Origin: Raillietiella orientalis
Lineage: Eukaryota
Assembly (NCBI GenBank): GCA_036172245.1
Contig: JAYWIR010000028.1
Coordinates: forward strand, 1,674,001-1,738,000
Reading direction: 5' to 3'
Length of the DNA stretch: 64,000 bases
Of the stretch, positions 38,388 to 52,230 are shown in pieces. Made by a program: the position numbers and the translations under genes. Under the pieces are notes generated by a model. The model ran no database searches and was not told the DNA's origin. It was given only the letters and a program-made list of their open reading frames with translations. Position 1 is the stretch's first letter; every line of letters begins with the position of its first letter.

Positions 38388-40168
38388 ACGTGCGAAGAAG
38401 TAACTGCACTGGTTGTCAATGCTGTCAAGCCGGATCTCAAAAGACGATGCACCCTGTGCCGCATTTCCCTCAATCGTAGAGGACCGAGGCATCGAGGCGT
38501 CATGGTCGGTATGGGGCCAAAAAGACAGCTAAGTAGGCGATGAAGCTCCATCAAGGAGGGGCATCTTAACCTTAAAATCCCAGGTTGACCACGGAACTGT
38601 TGCCAATGGGGACAACATGGAAAACACATGGCATCGCGCTTTTTATGATGAACTTCATATTGTACCCGAAGAGCTACTTATGGAGGCTGCTCAGATAATG
38701 CTCGAAACTTTTAATACAGCAGCCATGCATGTGGCCATCTTAAGCTGTGCCAGTCACTGCATGCATCCGGTCGAACCAGGGGCATCATGCACGACTCCGG
38801 AGAAGGGGTTTCTCATATAGCGCGCCCATTTACGAAGGGTACGCTTTTCCTCGTGCCATTTTGCGACCGGAGTTTGAGTGGACGTGACCTCGAGGATTAT
38901 TTAATTGAGATTTCAACCTCTGTTCAAATCTTCATTAGTTATTCATGGTTACTCGTTCACGTGAGCAAAGGGACTCCTTCGGCGGAGCGAACTGTTGAGT
39001 GTGCCCCTCGAAGAACTTGTGGTCCCTCCGTCGTGAGTGAACACCTTCGTGTTCTTCTTCGACGTGCTTCTTCTGCTGCTGCATTGGGGGTTTCCATTGC
39101 AATCAGCGCGCACACCTAGTTTCGGAGGGAGCTGCCTCCTTGAACTGCAGAATCTTCGGAATGGCTCTCACATTTGCTCTTCCAAGGACTGTGGCAGAGG
39201 CTGCCTTCAGCGCGTTCCTTCGCCAGGGGTACGCCGCCATCGACATGATGCGGCTGTTCTTCAAGCGTAGAGACCTCTCTCTCTAGGTGCGGTCATCGCA
39301 ACGATCAGTTGCATCCGCGCCATCGTCATAGGGCCCACCACGTGTTGGTGTTGCAAGAGCCAACATGGATTGCAGACGCCAGCATGAGGACGGCTGCCAG
39401 GTGGCCACATCTCAACGAAGCAGCAAGGAAGGATCTCGCCAGCATTCAGCGCCGGTTCTGAAAAGAAGGAACAGCCGAAACCAAAGACCCCTGTCACTCC
39501 CCTCTCCTTTATACCTGTTTTGGTATTTTTGTTTTACATATTTATGGTTCTCTCCTTTCCGTTCCGGACTTCAGTGTTTGCCCGACCTGCGTATCGGGGA
39601 GCTCTCCTCTTGAACTTCTTTTCTCTTAGTCTGGGAGCTTAGTTCCTGGATAGTTTGTTCACTTTTTCTAAATAAACGCCCCGGTTGCAACCGAGTGATA
39701 AACGACCGCTGAAAGAGAAGCTGTGCGGGACACCAAAGAAAAACGACGCTATGTAGCCCTAGATTTGGAACAAGAAATGGCCACAGCTGCATCCTCTAGC
39801 TCCTTGGAAAGCTCCTGGCATCAATAGCCAGATGGCCAAGTCATCACAATTGGCAACGAAAGCTTCCAATGCTCCGAAGAGCTTGTCCAGTCATCCTTTC
39901 TGGGGATAGAATCGTGCGGAATCCACAAAACCGCGTGCAATCCCATCATGAGGTGCGATGCTCGCATTCGCAAGGATCTCTACGCCAACGCGGTTTTGTC
40001 CGGAGGCACAGCCATGCATCCTGGAATGGCGAACCTCATGCAAAAGGAATCCAGAGTCCCCTCACCCAGCACCGGGAGGATGGAAATCATGGGGGAGCAC
40101 CTCCGGAAAGAAAGCACTGGGTTTGGATAAAAGATGCGATGTGTCCCCCGGAAATATGGGAATCTGGA
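38388..40168 (+). pseudogene. Actin pseudogene (invertebrate cytoplasmic-type), frameshifted, with internal deletions, split by a ~740-bp retroelement
   Basis: Reads (ACG)CEEVTALVV...[37 protein letters not shown]...[13 protein letters not shown]...[16 protein letters not shown]...[19 protein letters not shown]...GRDLEDYL...GYSFT | [34 protein letters not shown]...[10 protein letters not shown]...[11 protein letters not shown]...[23 protein letters not shown]...[10 protein letters not shown]...ESG. Start codon mutated, stops and frameshifts, no canonical intron seen. Confidence 0.95.
38962..39701 (+). mobile_element. 5'-truncated copy of the R2-like family inserted in the actin pseudogene
   Basis: Boundaries fixed by actin codons (TTC ACG | ACG ACC GCT); contains IQRRF* (39444-39461), a 3' UTR homologous to 51863-52072, and AATAAACGCCCCGGTTGCAACCGAGTG (39671-39697). 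Confidence 0.75.
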
Positions 40169-40229
40169 GACTGAAATAGGAAACGAAGGAAGTGGTGTAT
40201 GCAGGCAGGCAGGCGTTTCCACAGGCGCG

Positions 40230-42700
40230 CTTGATGGATGGAAGCATTAAAGGGGCGGTACAAACTTGAGCCCCGAAAAACTGAACGGATTAAAATCTCC
40301 AGTCATCCGAGCTCTCCCACTGAGCCACTACTCCTCCGCACTATTATTCTAAATTCAAGGAGATCGAACAGTTCCTTGGATGCAAACACATTGCCAGCAC
40401 AGATAGATACGCTGTTCAGGAAGGCAAGCATTTTTGTGATCTTCCAGGGATATATAACATCTTTTCATGACGAAATGTCTTCCCAGCCCCTCAGATTGGA
40501 GGGCGTTCTTCCACAGGGATAGGCATTGCCGAGCAGTTTCACTCGCAGGTCGACTGTGTTTCTAAGTAGTTTTCATAGAGGCTTGTTAATTTGAGCTTGT
40601 TTGTTTGTATTGGAATGGAGTTTCCGTTGCCATTGGAAACGGGGTCACGAGTCAGGCAAACCTAAACGCAGGTACTCACGAGCACTCGCCGAAACCAATC
40701 CGGAACATTCGTCATGGTGGCATGTGTGCCTTGCCACAAGAACCGTACGTTTTGCAGACCGTGATGCAGCAAAAGCCAGGAAAGCCGAGTAGTTCGGAGA
40801 GCGCTCCATCCCTACGTCAAGTTTCCCTGCGCGTGATGACTTGGTCGTTTCCGTTCCATTCGAGCAGAGTGCAGCTCCTTGAAGCATGACTCAGCTGCGG
40901 ATAAACAGGAGACGCATCAGGACAAGGGAGGAGAATCCCAAAAGTCAGGAGCCGCGAGGAGACGGGCAGCTATCGCAGGGAAGAAGTCGACTCCAGCCTC
41001 TGACGGGTTTGAGGGATTTCAACCGAGGCGACTCGCACGCCGAGACGCTGAGACCTCAGCAACACTGTTGGCCGATCTTTGAACCCGCGCACCATTTCTA
41101 ACGAGAGTTCTGAATTGCTGAAGAAGAGTGTGAACCGCCGTTTCCGAGAATTCTGAAATCGTTTCCGAAGATTTCCTCCTCAGAAGAAATCTTCCACCAT
41201 CTGGTCGCAGCGTGCTTCCTCTTGGTGAGGCGTTTAACTTCTCCACCTAGGAAGACGGGTCAGATGGGCTCCTATTTCCCCCTTTGCCGACAGAGTCCAA
41301 AGCAGCGAGTCTTCTGATCTCGTGGTAGGCAGCTCAAGAAGGCACCGATGAAAAAGGAGTCCGTGGACTTAACGCTAAGCTCCGTGCATCGTGAGAAGGT
41401 GAAATTCGGCAGCTGCTCATGAGTTGCACGCACCAAAAGGGTCCCACGCCGTCGAGCTTGGAACTTTAAGAAGGCAAAGGTTCATAGCCACAAGCAAGAG
41501 GGAAACAGTCGCTCCAGGAAAGATTTCCTCGAGCCTTGATAAAAATCTTGGAGGTTGAGGACGAAAAGAAGATTTACTGACGGCGGAGACTGTGGAAGAA
41601 CTGTGATCGTTGCTTCTGTGAAGCATAACCAATCACCAAAACTCAAAAGAAACTTGAAGGGGAAGTCAGCTCAAAAATGCCTCACCCTCATCTTGTAGAG
41701 GCGAAAAGTGGGAAACGGAAAGGAGGAATGGGAAAAGCAAATTCGGAACGCTTCTCTTCGGAGAAGTGGTGATGCTGAGAAAAACACACCCGTGAGGTTC
41801 AAGAGGAAGGAGGCTCACAAGAGGAATAGAATGCGTGGTGAGGGAAAGGTGTCTCTCAGCAACAGAAGAGGCAAGCAGACGTTGCTGCAACGAAAATTAT
41901 TTGCCTCCTCTTTTGCTCTCCAGCAAAGATGAAACTCTGAAGATGAGTTTTCTGGACGATGCTCGGGTAAATTCTTCAATCGAATGCAGTAAAAACTACT
42001 TTTAAACTTAGAAGAAAGATTCCTAGCTCCCGTGCTCTCGCCAGTGAACTCATGAAAACCACTGCCAATTTTTTTTTTATAAGAGTCTAATAGGGCTCGT
42101 TTAGTGGGAGAGAAGGGGACACGGTGCAGATTCCTGAGGGGAGCTGCCGCTCTCGAGTTGCGAAGCGTAAGATATGGCTGAAAGATTAGGCTGCAGGTGC
42201 ATGAAGAAAACCGGGGGGCATTCGAACCTGCGGAACTCATGGAAAGGAGAAATGGTGTACTCGAACACCCAATGCTCCAGGCACCTACGAGGGAAGCATA
42301 CGTCGGTCAACCAGCCTAAGGAAAGAAAGAGGTGGCAGATCATCTGCAACGTGGACGCGAAGGTGGGTCCGTTCATGAAGTGCTGAGATGGAGAGGAAAA
42401 ATCAGTCAGTGATGGAGACGATGGGGCCCATCAACTCCAGCAGCACTTTCTTGTACCTCCGACGAACATGGACTGTAAGCAGGTGTCAATAAAATGGAGA
42501 GTCTTCTTCGACCATGGAAGCATACGTTGTGTCTGCTTCGCAGCTGAGAGGAAGGACCTGAAAGACGAAAACGAATTCAATGAGACTATCTAGAAGGAGC
42601 CTCTTCCGTGAATTCCTCTCCTTCCTTTGTGGGACACACCGGGAATGCATGTTTGCTAAGAGAGATGGGTGACGGAGATTGAGGTCCTGGAGGTCGCGTT
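40230..42700 (-). mobile_element. Degenerate Gypsy pol (RT-RNase H-integrase)
   Basis: YKKVL...GPHRLHH (pre-RT), FKSSFYCIRL (RT), LLQQF...ANSVAEVSASR (N.VAD.LSR), KRTVLVARHTCHH...AREYL (integrase HH), AGNVFASKELFDLL (core). Confidence 0.55.
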
Positions 42701-43079
42701 TCGACATCATCACGTCCCGAGGCTGGCGTAATTCCCGGGTGCATCGGAAAGCGCGAAGGTCATTCGCAAAATCTCAAGCCAATTCTCAAATCCAAAGCCA
42801 AAAAAAAAAAAGTGCAACTTCTTTTCGAAACCCCTCTCCTCAGAAGCCTCTTCCAGCTATCGATTCTTCGCTCCTTTCGGCAGCGGGTTCATCTTCGGGA
42901 GGAGCAGAGCGGCTGCGCAGTTCTTCTCCACAGCACCCTATTTTCGAACGTAGGAACCCTCGTAGCTCTCCTTCAAGTCAGTCCCCTCTGGAGCAAAAAT
43001 GTCGGTATATAATTAAAATCAAGCTCTCCCGCTCCCAGTGGACAACCCCGGAGACGCTCTGAAGAGTTCAGGGCGAAGA

Positions 43080-43395
43080 CGCGCCTGCCACTGCCTCTGC
43101 GGCATAGTGGCGGTACGAAACGAGGATCACGCACAGGATTCAGAAGGTCCCATCTCCTCGCTCACCCCTGACGGGGTATTTTTTTTTCCTTTTTCCTTTC
43201 TTTACGAGATCCTTTTCCCTCGCTCCCCGAGGCGGGCCCCAGCTGGCTTCAGGTAGCCTGGCAAGTCAGCAGTCTCCTCTGTAACTAATCCAGGGACCTC
43301 CCGACTTTCGTTGGACTCACTGGTCTAGCTTGCATTTTTTTCATGTCTGTTTATTGTCCAAGATCACAATAAACGCCCCGCGTGACCTGGTGTAA
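43080..43395 (+). mobile_element. Diverged 3' end of the R2-like family
   Basis: AATAAACGCCCCGCGTGACCTGGTG (43368-43392) followed by TAAAA; upstream CGCCTGCCA word shared with ~51793. The 5' boundary is uncertain. Confidence 0.5.
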
Positions 43396-43399
43396 AAGC

Positions 43400-46300
43400 T
43401 GTTGCTTGAGCTCTTGCTCCGAGCACAAAGGTCACTATACAATGCAAACTGAAGCAATTACTTAACTCTATGCGTGACTTTTACGCACAAAAAATGGATA
43501 CAAACAGGTCTCTGGTGACAAAAACGTGACGGCGCGAGAAACAAACAAGACATGCACTTTAAAGTTGAAGTTATTTGGCAGTTCAGGTAAGGAAGATGAG
43601 AGTTCACGGCTCGGAACGCCTTCAACATCCAGGTAAGACTCCTGCGCATCGTCTTCGATGCCATGGAAGCCAGTGAACCTCCCTTCGCAGAGGTGCATGG
43701 GATGAGAACAGGAACGTGGGCTTGCAGCACTTCCCGTCTAGCTTCGGGATGGGACAGAAAATGTCCTGCTCGAAGGTCGTGTCAGCTTCGTTATCAAATC
43801 GTCTTCGGCACTGGTACCTTGATGGCAGCAGGAGCTCCGTGTCTGGCGGGGAATCTTCAACAGCGTCGAAGACGGACTGCTTGACTGATCTGAGTGAACT
43901 GCAGTTGGGACGAGTCTTCCGGGAAGTGAAGTCCTCACCAACCTACAAGGCTTTCCCAGAGGCACGAATTCCGTTCTTCGCATCGTCTCCAGGGCGATTA
44001 ATCTTCCTCTCAGTACCCGGAGGGATGCCCCAGCGCAAGGCATCTGTCTCAGCTTACACGCGACGCTTCCAAAGCCGGGTCTCACCTTTCGAGCGGTTCC
44101 CTTCTGGAACACTGTTCCCTCCGAAAGGAGGTTCTTCAGAGAAGCAAAACTGCCTGTCGAACGTGCCAGAGGAATCCAGAGCATCCTTAAGAGAACAACA
44201 TGACCGTTCTTCCTGCTTCTTCGCACGGTTCCAACGATACAGAAGGTTTCCTTAAGCTAAATGACTGCGTGAAGCAAAGCACCTCACGATTTCCTGCCAA
44301 CCCAGCTCAGATGGTTGCGAAGGCTCTCATGTTTGCAGCCTTGTCTTTCATCTCCACTGAAAGTTTGGAAATGAAGGATAGAGGGGAACTGACCACCGCA
44401 TATCCAAGGCTGGTCACAACCTGGATATTACCACTGGACTCTACCTCGACAAAGAGATTTCTCTTCGCAGGTCATTCTTCGCGTGAAAACTCCTTTCTCT
44501 CCAGGTTCAAGTGCAGTGTCCCACTCCCTTTTTGTCGCTGTTCCCGTTGCACTGTTTTCCAAGGAGAGTGAGTGGTTTGAACCACACATCCTCCTTCGAA
44601 ACCGAGACATGTTGATCCTTCGAGCGTTGGGGAAGGGGGAAGGCTGCTCGGAGAAGAGAAGTGCAGCACTGGAAGTCCCCCCGTGGAGCTCGGCACTCAC
44701 TCTTTCCGATTCCGCGCCGGGTTCGCAGGCTGCATCTCCATGGCGCATTATTGGTGGTCCTGCGGTATCCTGATTAAAGCTCCGGTGGGGTCGAATCATG
44801 CAGTCGATCATTTGGAGGAGCTCTTTTTAGCAGCCCGGTGCTTGTCAGCGCAGGAAGAGGCGAGTCGCGATCGCTGCAACAAAATTTTTCTCCTCCCACT
44901 GATGGGGTTTTCTCGTACCAGGGATTTCCGAAACGTCTACTGCCCTCTGTTCTGACCAGTCTCTTCCGGGACAAGTCCATATCCTTTCAGGGAGGCGAAA
45001 ATCGTGCCCGCCGCGCGAGTCGCTGCCGGTTCCTCTGGGAGAAGCATCATCGGGCGTCGGTAAGGTCACCCCCCAAAGTGTCTCACTCGAGGGATTGAGA
45101 GTTCGTCTGCCCATCCTCGGTAAACACACATTTCGCTGCTCGATCTCTCCACGGTAACCTCTGCATTCGAGCTGGAGCCGTGATCACAAATGGTGGATTA
45201 CAAAGAAGTGCTGCTCGAGTTGTCACTCTCATTGCATGCCATTTGCCGGTTCTGGATCGTCCATGCTTTGTGAACAATGATTTCGTGATTTCAGTTTGAA
45301 GCGCTGATCCTGGATGCAGAAAGCCAGCTTGCGTAATCTGACTGATGAGTGAGGAGGGGAATTTTCCTTCGGGCAGTCCTCCCAACGTTCCTCCCCTCTG
45401 AGTTGAAGCTGGAAAGACCTCGCGGCTCGTCCGTGTTGTGTCCTGGGGAAGCAGTCCCGGGACTCAACGCTCCTCCAGGGCTGCGGCGTCTCACATCAAG
45501 GTAGCATCTTCCACAAGGTCGCAGGAAAGAGGACCTTTCACCAGCTGTGCCTCGCTTGAGGTGCCTCTCACAGTGTTATCTGCTTCCATCCAGCAAGCCT
45601 CCCGAGAGCTCTCTCCTGTGCCTCCTATTCTTGGCCTCTGAGATGCCTTCCGCCACTTCAACCACTTGATCGGCCCTGCATGATCGGCTCCGTCTTCAAG
45701 TTCAGAGACGGATTCGCCTTTTGGAGAGCTGTGGTTCCTTGTGAGGTGCCCCTCAAGACAACCAGTTTCCGGGAAGAATGCCTGCGAACCGAGTACCGTA
45801 GAGCAGATTCGTTTGACCAGTGATTGATTACTCCAGAAAGGATTCTTACCAGGTTACACCAGGGCGTTTATTTTGAAAGAAAAAACAAACAAACAAACCA
45901 CAAGTTAGAGGGGAACCCCCCCCCTCCCCCTCAAAAACGAGAAGTGCCAAAAAGGTCCATTCGGGTTAACCACCGGCACGCAGACCGACTTCCAAAAAGT
46001 TGAGGGCGGAAGGAGGGGACGATAAACAAATAAAAAAAGACGGGAGGGTGGGGACACAGGTCTTTGGTTGAAGACGTTCCTTCCTTTCTAGAAGCGGCTC
46101 TGGATGGCGTCGATCTTTCTGGAAACTTCTTGCAGCCTTCCTCATTGAGCGAGCGCCATCCGGATGGTCTCCCTTCGCTGCGAGTGAGCCTCCATCACCG
46201 AGAGGACTGTCACCATGGAGCGGAGGCAAGATCTCGTTGCGATGACGACGCCTGCCATCAGCCCGCCTTGAGTGAAGAAGCGCCGCGGCGCATCCGCAGC

Positions 46301-47400
46301 GCCGATAGCACCGGAATGCCCAGTACAGAAACAGCAGGACACCCCGTTTCCACCGCCGAGTGGCGCCGTAGTGTCTAGTGTCTGCACACAGGGGAGAGAG
46401 ACCAAGAGTTTTTATCTTTTTTTTTTTTGGGGGGGGGGGGGAAGAGGGGTGTCGCAGCAATCAGGTCGCTCCACCGAAGGAGTCCCTTCACCCGGAAGTG
46501 AGGAGTGGAGCCGTCCACCAACGCTCTCGTTTTGCAGCCGTCGTGGATTTCTTCGATTGCTTCAGTCGTGCAGAACTTCCACTTCGTCGGTTGGCTGCGG
46601 TGGTCGTTTGCTCTGAGGGCAGGCAGTTATGCGGCAGCGGCTATCAGTCCTGCAGGACATCCCCTGGCGGTTTGCATGGGAGTTTCCGTAGCGGACGAAG
46701 TTCCTCTGGGAGCACTTCCGGAGTGGCAACCTCAGGGTTGCAATGCCACTTGCCGCCAGATATCCCACTTTTTGGTCGGAAGGAAATCCACGGGTAAGCT
46801 TCAAGCAGTGAGGGAGGATGCCTCAGGGAAAAGCCAAAACCACCCACTCCATGCAGCAGCGGAAGAAGCCCTTCGCTTCCAGCAAGCTCATCTCCGGAGG
46901 ATGTGGCGTGTCGGAGCACACCACGAAGTCCACAACTTTTTGCAGAGTGCTGATAGATGGAACGGAACTTGCAGTCGGACTTTGTAGTGGTCAGGATGAG
47001 CAAGCTGGAATCGTGAGGCGGCGTCACTAAATCTTTTAGGAGTATCTGGGACCTTATAGCGCCCCATAGGGCTTTCCTGAGGAGACACTGTGCTTGGATC
47101 ATCATCAAATAAGGGGACAGGCAAACAAAAAATAGGGGACAGAGGAGGGAGGCTGCGAAAGTATTCCAGATAGATGCCCGTTCCGGCAAGATACGAACTT
47201 GCCACTGCGGAACGAGCAGAGGGTCATCTCTGCCTTCTCAAGGCAAGCCTACCACGCTTCTGCAGCGCAGAAGTTGGCCAACTGTAAGTCAACGTACTTT
47301 GTCAAGCATTTGTTCATGAGGATTCTCAGTCGAATCAGTCGGCCTGCTCTCCCTACGATGCACCCACAGGTACGGGCATGCACTTTGTCCCGTTGGCGCT
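43400..47400 (-). mobile_element. Degenerate BEL/Pao gag-PR-RT, interrupted by an R2-like copy
   Basis: RFTGFHGIEDDAQESYLDV (RFR...A...D..KAYL.V), HQG..EDDLITKL (H..V...TTK), LRNHLSWVG (T.LGWV), DUF1759-like SIWNTF and DHYKV at 46970-47180. Confidence 0.55.
45848..46935 (-). mobile_element. 5'-truncated, internally deleted copy of the R2-like family
   Basis: Direct homology to 2237-2920 and 3375-3720; IQSRF* (stop 46088-46090); terminal AATAAACGCCCTGGTGTAACCTGGT on the minus strand (45848-45872). Confidence 0.8.
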
Positions 47401-48579
47401 CATGGCCGCTTCCCGACAGATCAGCTCGAAGAAATCCTCAAGCCTAGCTTCCGAGGTGATCCCTGCACAGCCATATCCGGTGAAGTTGGGAGCTTGGGGA
47501 AGCTGCTTGGTATGAAGTCCACCGTGGATTCCGAACCTTGGATGGTTCTTCTGCACGTTAACTATTGCCATGAGTCAACTGCCACTGCATGCTGCTTGTG
47601 TGGAGTGGTAGTTGTAAGTCCTGCTTGTTGTATTTCACTCCCTGCTACCAGTACGGAGACTTTAGCGAAACCAGTGCTGTCCACTTCAGCAGCCACGATC
47701 AATCCTGAATATCCGCAAGTGCTGGAAGAAACGAGCTTGGCCTGGTGCAGGGAGCTGCCCAAACAGGCACACTTACAGGGCAGGCAAAGAATGATTTGAA
47801 GGAGAATTCCACATTCGACGTCACGGGATCTGCCTGTTGTTACGAGCATTACGTTAGTCACATCTTTCTCCTGCTTTTAAAAAAAAATTCTCTCCCTGCT
47901 CTCACCATCCAAGGACGTGCACCTCCTAGTTTGTGGTGGTTTGTCTTTGTCTTATTCTCCCTTGCTACTTTCAGCTGTTTTGACTGTCGACTAGAAAATG
48001 CAACTGAGCTTTTCGCATACTGCCAGAGGAGTAGCAGCACGTCGAGTAAGTTTTTCGCCTGTCTGAGAAGCTGTGCAGTGCTGTCGTTACTTTAATCTTT
48101 GCTGTATTTATGCTCCTCGAGATGGCACATGCGTCAGTCCGCAGCTATTTGTGCACGTTCACTGATCAGAAAATTCACGTCATCTAATTATTAAAAATGC
48201 CATTAATAATTCAAGTAGCTTATCAATTTATTGTTTATTACTGAAAAAAAAAATATTTCGCATTTTCGTGCTTCACAGCTATCAAAACATTTTAACCATT
48301 GCGTGTTCCGACGAGCTTCGACACCGGTGGAAGGGAAACTTTCCGTCGGTATGATTTGTGTACTTTTCCTGACATCTGGAGGAATTTCTGAAAGTCAACA
48401 TATTTACATGTTTGCTTACAAGGTGACGCACGAAAAGTCCTTCGTGCCAATTGAGGAGTAAACGTTTGGTTTACACAAATCTCGTAATTTGAATTGAAAT
48501 CTGAATCGGAATACATCAAACATGTGCCCTTTTTTTTGGTTTTGTTTTTTTTTTTTAAAAAAAAACAAAATTTTGCCCT

Positions 48580-51500
48580 TGCGTCCGTGGGAGGAGTAGG
48601 CAAGCTGACAGAAGATTCAGATGGGATTTTTTATCGGCGTTTGCGTCCATAATCGGTGGCTGTATCCAGCTGTTTTTGATTTCAGTAAGCACAACCTGCG
48701 TCAGATTCATTGAAAATGCAGTTAAGGACTCCAAGAGCTTTCGGAAGGTCCTGTTTACGTACAGGGAAAATGCAGATGCACACGAATGCGGATACATGAA
48801 ACAAACTGGAAGCAATAAGCGAGTGCGTGCATACAAGGAAATGAGTAGGAATCCAAAGTTCGCAAACATTTGAAGTATGTTTAGAAAACCTAAAGTGACT
48901 TTGCTTTCCTAGAGATAAATTCATGTTTGATTCTTCATTTTCTTCCGTGTGCCTGATGTGTTCCACTCTATAATGCGCTTCCAGTGGTATCTGACCTACG
49001 CAGATCGAGGAACCCAAATGATGAACTCGCGAAGCAAAACCCCCATGCGGACCTCACTTGCGCGGAACACGCAAGTGAGGGCCCATTTTCCGTGGAGTGC
49101 CCTTCACAAAGTAAGCAAGGAATTCCGCAAACTCGAAGACCACTTCATGACAGGCCTTCTACAGGGAAGCACCTCAGCACCTATTATAAAAGAGAATCAA
49201 AATGCGCCCAAGGTAGATCTTCCTCTATCTTGTCTGAGAGATACGTCAGAAGCAGCTTCTCTGATCGCGCGGGATTTTCTAAGAGCAACGTGAAAAAGGA
49301 GAATCAGGACAGACGTGACATTCCTGTCACGGAAAAACATCCGATTTAAGCGTCAAAGAGTTCGGATACCCCACAGCTGCAGCAGTGACTTGTAGTGTCC
49401 AGAGCATCGAGGTCCACCTCGATTCAGTCCAATTTTTTTCCCCCACCGGGCTCCGTTGCTATCAACGATTATTTCGGTGCTTGGGTTTCCTGCTACTTAC
49501 TGATCCAGCAGATGATCAGAGCACACTCAGGTTCGGACTCTGAGCTACCTGTTGCTTGCCAAGTAGGGAGTGGAATGGAGTTCTCCTAGTGAGTCTGGAG
49601 TGAGCATACATTCATCTCTCCGAGATGGGAACTCGCCACCGGTAAGGACAGACAGAATACTCATTCCTTGTTTAGATCGAATCCAGACTCCCCGATCGTC
49701 TAAAACGGCAAAACTTCTCTTGCACCAACAGAGAAATAAATTCGTATCCCGCGGGATTGGATCGGGAGACCACCCTTACGGTCCCAATGGGTATGTGTCC
49801 AACAGTCAGTGGGATTGTAGTTGCAAGGATGGGGCTGCTCTTGGAATCGAGGGAACTAGGAGTACACTCGACAGGTCGCCAGTAATAGTAGAAAAAGGGC
49901 CTTCAGCTACTCTGATTCGCTTTGACTGGTGACTCCTGGATACCCTTTGCTAATCTAGATTCTGGAGAGCAAATTTCCTATTGGCAGGAAATTTGCAGAT
50001 TGACCGCGAGTGCCAACAGACTAAATCGAAGAAAGAAACGGATTTACAACATCAGCCTCACTGAAAAGACTCTGGAACAATATTTGATTGCTTAAGAGTA
50101 GCTTCATATATTCATTTCATCCACGCTTCAGGGTATTCATTGAAAATCCTTGGGATCAGTGTCTAAGATCCCTATTTGATGTGCAGCTTGGGGCCGTGAA
50201 GAAGTAACCAGTTTTTAAGCTCTCGAGCGATCCTGATTTCCTAAATGCAAGCTCCTGTTGCGACCTATCTTTCGCCAATGGCGAGCGAAGCGAAAAGCAG
50301 CTGCACTAGGAATGACCCAACTTGCTTTCGCTGCGACCTGTAAATGAGATTTCTGGGAGGTTGGATGCTGCAAGTGCATTCTTCAACTCCTTCGAAAGTG
50401 TTGAAAGATTGCCGGCATTGACAGGGTCTTCCGTGGAATTCGGTCAGGTACCCGTTCGCGCCTCCCACGCATTAGGCGACCGGCGTAAGAGAACAGCCGC
50501 TTCTTGCAGCTGAAGATGGATTCCCAGTGTCCTTTACGGCTATTACCACATGTGAACCAGTCCACTTTATCAGCTTCTCCAGGATGTGAAACTGGTGCCC
50601 CTGGAAACGTCTTTTGGTGGCACGCACCACGTGTATTGAAAACTCGATGCTAATGGCCTTTCGTGGTTGTTGGTAACCCTTATGATAGACGATTGAAAAG
50701 AGGAGTTTCATTCGCTGGATTCGTATTGCAGTGATACCAGATTCCACCGGCGTTTTTGAAACACAGCTGCTGGAAGAAAGCCAGACGAGCTGATGAACGT
50801 GATGCAGTGACAAAGTGGAGGAAGGCAAAGGACACTTTTGCAAAAAGGAATGCTTGAAGTGCATCGGGGAGTAAAACCAGCACAGTTCTCATTTTGTAGT
50901 TCTAGAATGATGTTTTTAACCCTGAAAGTCTGATCTTCATGCACGCAGACATCAGTGCATAAAAGCTCGACAGGCCACCGAAAAGGGCATTTTGGATAAT
51001 ACCCATCTAAGGAAATACGCAGAAGATTGACGAGGGGATTTTTAAAAAATAATGGCTGCTGTCAAATGATTTGGAATTCTCAGAATTTCCAAAGAAAGCA
51101 GAGCACAAGACTGTGTGTACACATGTGCGTATCATTGCTACTCCACCCTAATGAATGGGAATCCTCGCGTGCGTTGCGAATTATGTCCTGCGTAACGCAC
51201 GATCCAGGTGGGGAGCCGAATTTCCTTCCAGGAGCACTACGTGCCAGCAAGCAGGACATCTAGAAAAACACGAAATCCCGCCTCGGACTTCGTTCATTAT
51301 TCGGGGGCCTCCGTTCAGAGTGTTTGCCATTCGCGTTGCGTTAAAGACCATCTGAAGAACGAATCGGTGGCAATTTCAAAGCCATTTCTCTGCCCGCTGC
51401 AGGTTTCGAAAAGATAATAATCTCAACGGGCGACGTTGGGGGCAAGACATTGGGAAAAGAGGGAAATGGTCTGCACCCATCAAGGGCTGCCCGGTCAAGC

Positions 51501-52230
51501 GGACAGCACTCTGCATCCGATAATGATGAGCAGCAGATGGATCAAAATGGCAAGGCTGTGACGTGCCTTGACAGTATCCTCGACTACGGTGCCCTCCAAG
51601 GACTGTGGCGGAGGTTGGCTTCAGCTGCACCAGGGGGACACCGCAAGGACTTTGATGCGCCGCTTCATCACGCCAGGGGCCCTGTCGTTAGGTGCGGTCG
51701 TCGCAACGATCTGTTGCATCCGCACCATCGACAAGACCCACAGACAGCTGGAGTAGCAGGCGATTGTTCGAGAGGTCACCGGAACATGACGTCGCCTGCC
51801 AGGTGGCCTCGTCTTCCGGAAGACGTCAGGAAGGAATTCTCCAGCATCCAACGCCGGTTCTGAAAGGATGGAACGGCCGATACCAAAGACTCGTGTCCCC
51901 AACCCCCCCATATCTTTATATACATGTATTTCTGATCCCCTCCCTGCCGATCCGGACTTTCGGTTATACCGACCTGCGTGTCGGGGATCCTTCCCTCCGT
52001 AGCTCTGCGCCCTTTGCCTGGGAACTTTGTTCCTGGATGGTTTAGCAATAAACGCCCCGGTGGACCCGGGTGGAAGGCAGCATCCTGTGGCACTTGGAAT
52101 TTCTCTTGAGCCGAGCAGTTCTGCAGGGAAGGCGCCTTCACTACAGTCTATACTACTCGCCGTTACTAAGTTCTTCACGATGCTGAATTGGACCTTCGTT
52201 CCGTAGTAAATAACCACCATGAAAAAAAAA
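48580..52230 (-). mobile_element. Degenerate BEL/Pao RT-RNase H-integrase, interrupted by an R2-like copy
   Basis: CVSKTPV...IRIQRMKLL (SK.RVAP...IPRLEL), AGYEFISLLVQEKFC (H.G...L.R.KFW), AVGYPNSLTLKSD (RRG.P..I.SD), EKWL*N (KW.SN). Confidence 0.55.
51430..52072 (+). mobile_element. 5'-truncated copy of the R2-like family
   Basis: IQRRF* (stop ends 51863), LSLGAVVAT shared with the 39-kb copy, terminal AATAAACGCCCCGGTGGACCCGGGTG (52047-52072). The 5' boundary is approximate. Confidence 0.7.

Noticed and set aside
48100..48570. LTR between two BEL remnants
   Set aside because: Position and AT content fit, but I found no partner LTR, clear TG..CA ends or PBS.
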